DNA from: Octopus bimaculoides
Lineage: Eukaryota
Assembly (NCBI RefSeq): GCF_001194135.2
Contig: NC_069000.1
Span: 8,068,424 to 8,132,423, forward strand
Direction: 5' to 3'
DNA: 64,000 nt
In this document: positions 53,985-64,000 of the stretch, piece after piece
Position numbering within the stretch: the stretch's first letter is position 1
Layout: each line of letters begins with the position of its first letter
Translations under genes and position numbers: made by a program
The notes under the pieces: model-generated
What the model was told of the DNA's origin: nothing
The model's input: the letters and a program-made list of their open reading frames with translations, nothing else
The model's database searches: none

Positions 53985-54195
53985 TATGCCAGGTGAAATG
54001 CTTAGTGGTATTTCGTCTGCCACTACATTCTGAGTTCAAATTCCGCCGAGGTCGACTTTACCTTTCATCCTTTTGGGGTCGATAAATTAAGTGCCAGTTA
54101 TGCACTGGGGTCGATGTAATCGACTTAATCCCTTTGTCTGTCCTTGTTTGTCCCCTCTATGTTTAGCCCCTTGTGGGCAATAAAGAAATAAGGAA
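53985..54195 (+). mobile_element. SINE family B, young subfamily with taatccctttgtctgtcc tail
   Basis: CpG-retaining copy; 108 bp identical to 57509-57616. Confidence 0.92.
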
Positions 54196-54231
54196 ATATA
54201 GGATAAAGATCCTTTCTGAGTCATATAGATT

Positions 54232-54420
54232 CCTGGGGCTGGCTTCCTGGTTTCTGTGGCACATATATTGCCCCCTGGACAGGTCACCAGCCTGTTGCAA
54301 GGTTACTCATTTTGCTAGATGAATGGACTGGAGTCACAATGCATCACCCAGTTCAGGAATTGAAACCACAATTAAACGATCATGAATCCGACACCCTAAC
54401 CACTGAGCCACATGCCTCCA
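54232..54420 (-). mobile_element. Family D-related SINE
   Basis: caccctaaccactgagcc head reversed; ctggtttc...ccctggacagg tail resembles the 44278 copy. Confidence 0.6.
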
Positions 54421-55194
54421 CGGTCAATGGAGGATAAAGATGTGAGAGGCTGATTGGTTGTGAGATGACAAAAGAAGAAAGAACAACAGTAGAATTGTGT
54501 CATAAGTTGATTGATGGTACATGATAAGAGGTACAGGGTGAGATCATAGGAAGTGTGCGCATGTATGTGTGTGTGTGCATGTGTGTGTGTGTGTGCGTGC
54601 GTGTGTGCGTGTGTCTGTGTGCATGTGTGCGTGCATGTGTGAGTGTGTTTGTGTGTGTGTATGGGGTGGTAATAAATTAATTACTAGTCAAGGATTAATT
54701 AATGTACTACTGAAAGAAAACCTAATTAATTTATTACTTGTAGAGATGTAAGATTTACTGCAATCAAGTAATTAGTTTTTAAGTGCTGATTTGCATTTAA
54801 TTGTAAACAAAGGCTCAGTATTTGGTAATAGAGTTGTATTAATTATTATTTTCTTTTTTCTTTTGGCACAAAGCAATTTTTAAGGGATTTTAGTTGATTA
54901 CATTTTGGCACAAGGCCAGCAAGTTTTAGGGGATTGCAGTGGAGTACAATTTTTAGTCAATTACATTGATACCAGGTAAAGGCTAAAGACCCCCTTTGGT
55001 CACCAATGACTGTGGGATTGCACTTAGAAAGTTCTCCTCCAAGGCACAAGTCTGGGCAGGGTTGTTTATGGAAGACCAGAAGTCACCCATGCATACTGGC
55101 CTCCTCTCTCCACACCACTGATGTTATCCAAGGGAAAGGCAAAGGCCAATACAGCTTGGCACCAGTGATGTCACAACTCATTTCTACAGCTGAA

Positions 55195-55530
55195 TCAAGT
55201 GGAGTTTCTACCTATGCCTTTTCTACAGATCAAGCAGGGCTATCTACCTGAAGGTGTTTGTGATTTTTCTACCTTCCTACTTATTAGGACTTTGGTTTTA
55301 GCTAAGTTGATTCTAAGGCCCTTCGATTCTAGTCCTTGCTTCCACACCTGAAACTTCTCTTCTAGTTCTGATAGTGACTCAGCAATTAGTGCAAGGTTGT
55401 CAGCATAGAGGAGCTCCCAGGGGCATCCTGTCTTGAATTCCTCTGTTATAGCCTGGAGGACTATGATAAATAGGAGGGGGCTGAGGACAGAACCTTGGTG
55501 GACCCCTACCTCTACCCGGAGTTCTTCACT
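55195..55530 (-). mobile_element. RTE-clade LINE reverse transcriptase fragment, well preserved, cut by an N gap
   Basis: GVHQGSVLSPLLFIIVLQAITEEFKTGCPWELLYADNLALIAESLSELEEKFQVWKQGLESKGLRINLAKTKVL, then a stop. Confidence 0.92.
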
Positions 55531-56600
55531 NNNNNNNNNNNNNNNNNNNNNNNNNNNNNNNNNNNNNNNNNNNNNNNNNNNNNNNNNNNNNNNNNNNNNN
55601 NNNNNNNNNNNNNNNNNNNNNNNNNNNNNNNNNNNNNNNNNNNNNNNNNNNNNNNNNNNNNNNNNNNNNNNNNNNNNNNNNNNNNNNNNNNNNNNNNNNN
55701 NNNNNNNNNNNNNNNNNNNNNNNNNNNNNNNNNNNNNNNNNNNNNNNNNNNNNNNNNNNNNNNNNNNNNNNNNNNNNNNNNNNNNNNNNNNNNNNNNNNN
55801 NNNNNNNNNNNNNNNNNNNNNNNNNNNNNNNNNNNNNNNNNNNNNNNNNNNNNNNNNNNNNNNNNNNNNNNNNNNNNNNNNNNNNNNNNNNNNNNNNNNN
55901 NNNNNNNNNNNNNNNNNNNNNNNNNNNNNNNNNNNNNNNNNNNNNNNNNNNNNNNNNNNNNNNNNNNNNNNNNNNNNNNNNNNNNNNNNNNNNNNNNNNN
56001 NNNNNNNNNNNNNNNNNNNNNNNNNNNNNNNNNNNNNNNNNNNNNNNNNNNNNNNNNNNNNNNNNNNATATATATATATATATATATATATAAATTATAT
56101 CACAAAAATAAAAACGGAGAAAATTACACCTTTCATTAATGATTATGCCATGCATTACCAATGACCATTTCTGTTGGGCCAACATATTTAGATACAGAAC
56201 AAAAAGCATAAAATATCAGTCAAATTAATATATCCAAAAATATATAACACAACGTTATCAAGGCAATCACAAATATATATTATGCACACACACACATACA
56301 TGTGTATATACACACACACTCATGTATGGATAGTGGACAATACTGTTTTGAGTCATAAGAAGTAGACTCAGTTTTCTCAGCATATAAATGACCAAGATCA
56401 CAACATTCCCTTGGGTGTTGTGCCAGTCCGTCACAATGTGACTCATTTACAGCTGAGTGGACTGGGATAATGTGAATTAAAGTGTTTTGCTAAAGAGGCA
56501 CCGAGTGCAAAAGTTGAAATCACAATCACATCACACCCACTAGGCTACAGGGTGAGTGTATGAGTGTGTGTGTGTAAAAGAATGATCTGTTTCCTTAAGG

Positions 56601-56650
<50 letters not shown>

Positions 56651-57427
56651 NNNNNNNNNNNNNNNNNNNNNNNNNNNNNNNNNNNNNNNNNNNNNNNNNN
56701 NNNNNNNNNNNNNNNNNNNNNNNNNNNNNNNNNNNNNNNNNNNNNNNNNNNNNNNNNNNNNNNNNNNNNNNNNNNNNNNNNNNNNNNNNNNNNNNNNNNN
56801 NNNNNNNNNNNNNNNNNNNNNNNNNNNNNNNNNNNNNNNNNNNNNNNNNNNNNNNNNNNNNNNNNNNNNNNNNNNNNNNNNNNNNNNNNNNNNNNNNNNN
56901 NNNNNNNNNNNNNNNNNNNNNNNNNNNNNNNNNNNNNNNNNNNNNNNNNNNNNNNNNNNNNNNNNNNNNNNNNNNNNNNNNNNNNNNNNNNNNNNNNNNN
57001 NNNNNNNNNNNNNNNNNNNNNNNNNNNNNNNNNNNNNNNNNNNNNNNNNNNNNNNNNNNNNNNNNNNNNNNNNNNNNNNNNNNNNNNNNNNNNNNNNNNN
57101 NNNNNNNNNNNNNNNNNNNNNNNNNNNNNNNNNNNNNNNNNNNNNNNNNNNNNNNNNNNNNNNNNNNNNNNNNNNNNNNNNNNNNNNNNNNNNNNNNNNN
57201 NNNNNNNNNNNNNNNNNNNNNNNNNNNNNNNNNNNNNNNNNNNNNNNNNNNNNNNNNNNNNNNNNNNNNNNNNNNNNNNNNNNNNNNNNNNNNNNNNNNN
57301 NNNNNNNNNNNNNNNNNNNNNNNNNNNNNNNNNNNNNNNNNNNNNNNNNNNNNNNNNNNNNNNNNNNNNNNNNNNNNNNNNNNNNNNNNNNNNNNNNNNN
57401 NNNNNNNNNNNNNNNNNNNNNNNNNNN

Positions 57428-57640
57428 GTTAGCATGCTGGGCAAAATGCTTAGCAGTATTTCATCTGCCATTACGTTCTGAGTTCAAATTCCGCCAAGGT
57501 TGACTTTGCCTTTCATCCTTTTGGGGTCGATAAATTAAGTGCCAGTTATGCACTGGGGTCGATGTAATCGACTTAATCCCTTTGTCTGTCCTTGTTTGTC
57601 CCCTCTATGTTTAGCCTCCTGTGGGCAATAAATAAATAAA
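57428..57640 (+). mobile_element. SINE family B, young subfamily
   Basis: gttagcatgctgggcaaaatgcttagc...gagttcaaattccgcc...ctgtgggcaataaa. Confidence 0.92.
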
Positions 57641-57876
57641 TACACACACCCACATATATATATATATATATAGGCACAACCCCTTGAAGGGGTTTTTTAG
57701 TTGACCAGATTGACTGCAGGACTTGTTTTAAAAAATTTTTCAAGCCTAGTACATATTCTATCAGTCTCCTTTACCAAACCACTAAGTTATGGGTACGTAA
57801 ACATGCCAACACTGGTTGCCAAGTGATGGTGGAAGAACAAACACAGACACAAAGACACACACACACATACACAGAT

Positions 57877-58078
57877 CTGAAACCACTTCTGGCTCTGTTG
57901 TACAAATGTTTTGTTTCCATAAGTTTTGAATTCAAATCTTCCACCAAACCTAAGTCACTATTTATCTTCCTAACACTAACTTAATGATAACTAAGTTATT
58001 TTACTAAATTCTTTCTTATATTTAAAATTAATTGAAAGAAATACAGAGCATCTCCAAATAAATGCAACAACGAAAGGG
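57877..58078. mobile_element. Second piggyBac-type MITE copy, inverted relative to 20295-20516, one end lost
   Basis: Reverse-complement similarity along its length; ends AACGAAAGGG|TTAA. Confidence 0.75.
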
Positions 58079-58169
58079 TTAATGCATCAAAATAGAAGAC
58101 CATTTATAAATTGTGGAATGTCTGTGGGTTCTGCTACGAAAGATTATTTCATTACAAAACCATTTAAAT

Positions 58170-58697
58170 CAGTGTTTCTCGACCACTTTTTACCTATGGA
58201 TCCCTTTGATTTCTATTTTATTCATGTGGATCCCCATAATCATTCACTGTTTAAAAAATCATCCCAGCATAACTGCAGTCTAATGACCGACACAAGTAAA
58301 AGATATTTTTTATAATTAAATATTGCTTTCCAATTTTTGAATAAGGCCAAACATTTTGGGGGATGGGGCTAAGTTAGTTACACCAGCCCCAGAACTCAAT
58401 TGGTACTTATTTTATCAACCTGAAAGGATAAAAGGCAAAGTTGACCTTGGTGGAATTTGAACTTAGAATGTAAAAACAGACAAAATACCACTGAGCATAT
58501 TGTCCAGTGTGCTAACAGCTCTACCAGTTCTCCACCTTGTTTTTTGTTAATGAATACTATAAAGCACTATATTTAAACAAATTGTTAAAACATTTTGCTT
58601 ATTTTATAAATATAACCAATTTATTGCACATGAATTTTAACAACAAAATCTTGTATGAACTCCCAAGGGACACATGGATCACAGCTGAGGACCACTA
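58170..58697. mobile_element. hAT MITE (same family as 52809-53127) with a nested minus-strand SINE B at about 58335-58537
   Basis: Termini CAGTGTTTCTCGACC ... GCTGAGGACCACTA; flanks atttaaat/gtttaaat (7/8); shared internal tatgga(c/t)cc...gtggatcccca. Confidence 0.75.
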
Positions 58698-59147
58698 GTT
58701 TAAATGATTCCATGGAAAGATAAACCCCAAAGATGCTCTTACAAGATTGAAATTCAGCAGGATATCAAGCTGATACCCTAAAACATCTGCTCATTTATTG
58801 TCATACAAGGGAGAGGAAAGATATCAACAACAACAACAACAATAACAGACTAATGAAGAAGCCTGTATGCAGTCGATTGGCCTGCTAGAAATAGCAGCCA
58901 AATCCCATGTCTTGTAAAAGTAAAGATATATCGTATAATGTAATTCCAGATACACTACGTCCCTGTAGAATATGAAGCGGTCATGATTGAAAAGCTTTGG
59001 TCACATGTCAGGGCTAACCAAGGGATAAACAACAAAAATGACAACAATAACAACAACAACAACACTAAGTAAGAAGAATCGTCAAGAGAATATGGTAAAA
59101 GATAGTTGGAGGGATAAGTAAAAGGAAGAAAATAAACCCTTCAAAAA

Positions 59148-59510
59148 CTGGTGCAGATGTGGCTGTGTGGTAAGAATTTTGCTTCCCACTGATATGGTTC
59201 TGGGTTCAGTCCCACTGCATGGTATTTAGGGCAAATATCGCCAACTATAGCCCTGAGCTGACCAAAGCTTTGTGAGTGGATTTAGTAGATGGAAACTGAA
59301 AGAAACCCATTGTACACACACACACACACACACACATACACATATATATGTGTGTATGTGTGTGTATGTGTGTGTGTGTGTGCCTTGTGTCTTTGTGTAT
59401 GTGCTTGTACCTCACCACTGCGTGACAACCTGTGTTGGTTTGTTTACATCCCCATTACTTATCGGTTTGGCAAAACAGACCGCTAAATAAGTATCAGACT
59501 TGAAAAAAAA
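59148..59510 (+). mobile_element. SINE family A, near full length with internal (AC)/(TG) microsatellite
   Basis: ggtgcagatgtggctgtgtggtaag...aaactgaaagaaaccc-(AC)n(TG)n-...gtttacatcccc...ggcaaaacagacc. Confidence 0.85.
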
Positions 59511-59637
59511 GTGTAAGTAAATGATGTTATAGGTGTTACAGAAATGTTGGTGAGAGAGAGAAAGAGAGAGAGAGAGTGTGTGTGTGTGTGTTGGTGAGAG
59601 AGACAGAGAGAGAGGGAAGATAATTAACCAAACTTAC

Positions 59638-59700
59638 GTCACCAGCAAAAACATCTTTGATGTGAATAAAGTTTCTGTAGCCATCTTTGGAATCTATCAT
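59638..59700 (-). CDS. Candidate first coding exon (MIDSKDGYRNFIHIKDVFAGD), possibly of the Nav2 gene
   Basis: ATG in ggcgccATGa context, 21 open codons, strong phase-0 donor GAC|gtaagtt, in unique non-repetitive sequence. Possible acceptors at 59757 (ccccag) or 59776 (tgttag). Phase fits the 5281 exon. No homology recognised. Confidence 0.35.
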
Positions 59701-60134
59701 GGCGCCAACATTGAGCCAATATTTAACATTCTCAATGTAGCAGACACAAGTGTTGGTCTGGGGACAGCATTATTTTCTAACACAATGTGATGAGAAGAGA
59801 TGACAACATTAGCAAGTTTGTATGTGTTCTTTTTTTTTTTTTTTTNNNNNNNNNNNNNNNNNNNNNNNNNNNNNNNNNNNNNNNNNNNNNNNNNNNNNNN
59901 NNNNNNNNNNNNNNNNNNNNNNNNNNNNNNNNNNNNNNNNNNNNNNNNNNNNNNNNNNNNNNNNNNNNNNNNNNNNNNNNNNNNNNNNNNNNNNNNNNNN
60001 NNNNNNNNNNNNNNNNNNNNNNNNNNNNNNNNNNNNNNNNNNNNNNNNNNNNNNNNNNNNNNNNNNNNNNNNNNNNNNNNNNNNNNNNNNNNNNNNNNNN
60101 NNNNNNNNNNNNNNNNNNNNNNNNNNNNNNNNNN

Positions 60135-60168
<34 letters not shown>

Positions 60169-61244
60169 ATTGTGTGATTATATATTTTTTTTTTGTATAA
60201 GACTATTAGTTTGACATCAGAGCCACAAAGATCCCTTACTGCTCCCTAACAGCTGCTCTTATACAATGTGGGTCTTTGAAAGTTTCACAGGGGACACAAG
60301 TACAGAGGGATCATTTGTTTGTCTGAAGAAAACCCTTAATAAATAACAGGGTTTGTGAGCTTTTATCTTAAGGTCCTTGTAATGCTGATATAAAAGCTTG
60401 TTGAAGGGGTAGATAGTTGACCCCTATTTTTTCAAAATCCAAAGAAATACTTTTCCAAATGCTTTCTCTGAGGTAATGTTTGTTGCTTTCTCCAGCATAT
60501 GTCGAGAAATTTTTTTAACAGTGCCACATCGAATACATGAAGAGCAGAGGAACATAACCTTGAAAGTATTGCCAATAATGGTTATTCTCTTAACCACAGA
60601 TAAATATTGATTAAGAGGATTAATTAGATAATATTTAGCATTCAATAATTGTTAGGGATAGGGTGAGAATTGTTGAAATACCAGAACAAGAAAGAGAAGA
60701 TAAGAAGACAAAAGAAGAAAACTTCTCCTTTCAGAAACGTAGCTGTGATTTAAACTCAGCGTTCCTAAAACAAGGGAGCACAGATAGGTCTCAGTTGGTA
60801 GAGGGAGTAAACCCTTGTAAAATATTTGTTTCCATGCTTAGTGTATATATCCATATAGGCAAAACTTAGATCCACAACAGCAAAGCCAGAAAGAGAGAAG
60901 TTCTTGGAAAGGGCGTCTCCCCTATTGTGACGTATACACCCATTAAATGTAGTGGGAATTAAATCAATCGCTCAGATCAATTGATGCAGTTTCAGTCAAA
61001 GATTACAATATCAAGCAGTCAGGTGAGAGAAAACCTTCCCAAAGACACAGGTAGTAACAACAGCAACAGCAGCAGCAGCAGCAGCAGCTTCCAATTGTGT
61101 CTGTAAACAGCAACAATGCAGCTTGTTTGCATGTTCTACATGGAACTGTATGGCAGTGCATGGCAATGCATAGCAGTGCATTATTGTGGTGCCATTTTCA
61201 GAGTAAGAGAAGGAAGAATCTGACTCCAAATACATGCAAATGGA

Positions 61245-61445
61245 CTGGTGAACAGATATAGAGATGAACATGAACACGTGAACAGATGAATGGGTGAACA
61301 GCTGAATGGGCGAACAGATTAAAGAAATGAACAAGTAAGCAGACAAAGAGGTAAGTCAATGAACGAGTGGGTGGATGAACAACTGAATGGGTGAACAGAT
61401 GATCAGGTGAACAGATTAAGTGGTGAACAAGTGAACATATGAACA
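61245..61445. repeat. Degenerate minisatellite of about 16 bp (GTGAACAGATGAATGG)
   Basis: Repeated gtgaacag/gtgaacaa motifs. Confidence 0.75.
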
Positions 61446-62542
61446 ATAAACAAGTAAGCCAATGGTCTGGTGGAGACAGAATCACACATTATCATTGTAA
61501 AAGTTGTTCCATAAGAAAACCAAATTCTTCAATAACAACAAAGATAACATTAACAACATCATTAGAGAAACAACAACAACAACAACAGCTAATTGAGAAG
61601 ATACTACATAATAATTAGTGAGTCTTGCTTTAAACACTTGTTTATTTCGTAATGGGAGGGAGGTAGAGACAGACATAAAATTGTTGTTAATAGTTTTCTT
61701 GCTGTGGTGGCTATTGTTGTTGTTGCCACAGTTATTACCATTGTTGTTGTTGCAGTTGTTGTTACCATTATTCATATTGTTGTTATTGTTGTTGCTGTTA
61801 CAAGTGCTTCTGTAACTTGTTGTTATTATTATTACTGTTACTGTTGTTTTACTATTTTTGCTGCTGAGCGTTTTTGGTCTTTTTGTCGCCTTTCAGTTCA
61901 CTTGCTATATGCATTTCTGTTTCCAATTTGTCCCACTTGGGGGCAAAATCCTTCTTAGAATTATAATAACCTTCATGTAAAGATGTGTGCAGTGACACTG
62001 TTTACTTTAACAATCCCAATAAGTAGCTCCTTTATCAAACCTTTAGTTTTTGATTTTCAAGGGTAATTGTGGCTGTTTATCTCTCTATCTCCCTGTCAGT
62101 CATTCTGCCAATTTTATCTCTCTCTCTCTATTTATATGTGTGTGTATGAGTGTGTGTGTATGTGTGTGTGTATATATATATANNNNNNNNNNNNNNNNNN
62201 NNNNNNNNNNNNNNNNNNNNNNNNNNNNNNNNNNNNNNNNNNNNNNNNNNNNNNNNNNNNNNNNNNNNNNNNNNNNNNNNNNNNNNNNNNNNNNNNNNNN
62301 NNNNNNNNNNNNNNNNNNNNNNNNNNNNNNNNNNNNNNNNNNNNNNNNNNNNNNNNNNNNNNNNNNNNNNNNNNNNNNNNNNNNNNNNNNNNNNNNNNNN
62401 NNNNNNNNNNNNNNNNNNNNNNNNNNNNNNNNNNNNNNNNNNNNNNNNNNNNNNNNNNNNNNNNNNNNNNNNNNNNNNNNNNNNNNNNNNNNNNNNNNNN
62501 NNNNNNNNNNNNNNNNNNNNNNTTATATGTATATCGTTTAGG

Positions 62543-62765
62543 ATGACGAGCTGGCAGAATCATTAGCATGCTGGACAAGATGCTTAGTGACATTTCATAT
62601 TTCTGATTCCAATTTCCACCAAGGTGGTACTTAATTTATCAACCCTGAAAGGATGAAAGGCAAAGTCGACCTTGGCAGAATTTGAACTCAGAATGTAAAG
62701 ACAGATGAAATACTGCTAAGCATTTCGTCCGGTATGCTAACATTTCTTCCAGCTTGCCGCCTTAC
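62543..62765. mobile_element. Two SINE B fragments in opposite orientation (+ head, then - copy)
   Basis: gacgagctggcagaatcattagc (+) followed by ggtacttaatttatcaaccc...ttccagcttgccgcc (-). Confidence 0.8.
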
Positions 62766-63527
62766 TAAGTAGTGATTTCATTTGTGCCATAAACCATTTA
62801 CCATTTCTGTGGTGCCCCCCTCCTTTCCTTGTTGCCCTAAGCATGTGCTTCTTTTGCTTAATGGTTAATCCAGCACTGTTGCATCCCATGATTCTCATTG
62901 CAAGACAAAATAACCACTTGACCGTAAGGATGGCCACAAGTGTAGTTGAGACTTCATTTAATCCCCATCCATTGAAATCAGTGACCTGTTGTTAGGAAAC
63001 AATACTTATGGTTCGACATGTGTTTACTAAACTCTTCAATTGTGTTCTTAAACAAACACAGTTATATGATGACCTGCACATTAATTGCTTTCATGTATAC
63101 ATGTGTGCATATGCATATACACGCACATGCACACACACATTTACCAATACACACACACACACACATTTACCAATACACCTCTGCAAACAAACTTGCAAAA
63201 CTCATTGTTTGAAATGGAGTAGTGTGTCATGAGTCTTTTATCAATAACCATATGTGTGTGTGTGTATGTATGAATATGAATATAAATATATGTTTATATA
63301 TGAGTATGTATGCATGTACACACACACATGCTCATGCACACATTATATATATATATATGCGTGTGTGTATACATATCTATATGTATACACATATATATTT
63401 ACTTTATCTTCACTGACACACATAGCATAACCATCATCATTAAATGTTTATGTATACGATATGTATGTATATTATGTATGTAAATATATACATATGTGTG
63501 TGTGTATGTGTGTGTGTGTGTGAGGAT

Positions 63528-63790
63528 ACATGGCTTTGTGGTTAGGGTGTTACATTCATGATTGCTAGATCGTGATTTCAATTCCTAGACCAGGTGGTGT
63601 GTTGTGTTCTTAAGCAAAACACTTCATTTACCATCTCATATTGCTTTGCGATAACTTTGATAGCTGATGTGTGGTACACCATGCACCTGTTCAGAAAACA
63701 TCAATTCAATGGAGCACTGTAACAAATCATTTGTGCAGATCGTTTGACAAAAGGTGAACGCTTGCATGTTGTCTTTGATGGCAGAGTCCA
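63528..63790 (+). mobile_element. Family D-related SINE
   Basis: catggctttgtggttagggtg...gatttcaattcc...gttgtgttcttaagcaaaacactt. Confidence 0.6.
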
Positions 63791-63792
63791 TC

Positions 63793-63823
<31 letters not shown>

Positions 63824-63828
63824 TATAT

Positions 63829-63991
63829 ATATACTTTATTTAAAAGCAGCAGAAATATCACAAAAGCTGTTACTCAAAGTTTCATGTTCCCGTTCATCGG
63901 ACAGTTTTAACAAAACTGTCTGACAAACGGGAACGTGAAACTCTGAGTAACAGCTTTTGTTATATTTCTGCTGCTTTTAAATAAAGTATAT
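63829..63991. mobile_element. Fold-back element: 80-bp inverted arms with a 3-nt loop
   Basis: 63829-63908 vs reverse complement of 63912-63991 differ at 6 positions; partial single-arm copy at about 2362-2398. Confidence 0.85.
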
Positions 63992-64000
63992 TACTCTATC

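Noticed and set aside
60925-60935. CRE-like TGACGT motif upstream of the candidate first exon
   Set aside because: A single hexamer with no mapped transcription start is not evidence of a promoter.

Overview
AT-rich, gap-ridden eukaryotic genomic DNA. The microsatellite load, SINE families and one recognisable exon point to an octopus-type cephalopod draft assembly. Most of the window appears to be intron of a minus-strand Nav2-type (DSC1/NaCP60E-like) voltage-gated cation channel gene. One exon is secure (5073-5281, N-terminus to domain I S1-S2). A candidate start exon lies about 54 kb upstream (59638-59700), and a candidate microexon/poison exon lies at 12035-12097. The rest is tRNA-headed SINEs (labelled A, B, D here), an RTE-tail-like short repeat (C), decayed RTE, Penelope-like, R4-like and Jockey/CR1-like retroelements, piggyBac- and hAT-type MITEs, fold-back hairpins, minisatellites and many microsatellites. 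Nearly all long ORFs in the supplied track are microsatellite or N-gap artefacts. There are no prokaryotic features, no CRISPR array and no rRNA or true tRNA genes. Family labels A-D are my own, protein similarities are from memory rather than searches, and repeat boundaries are approximate (about 10-20 bp).
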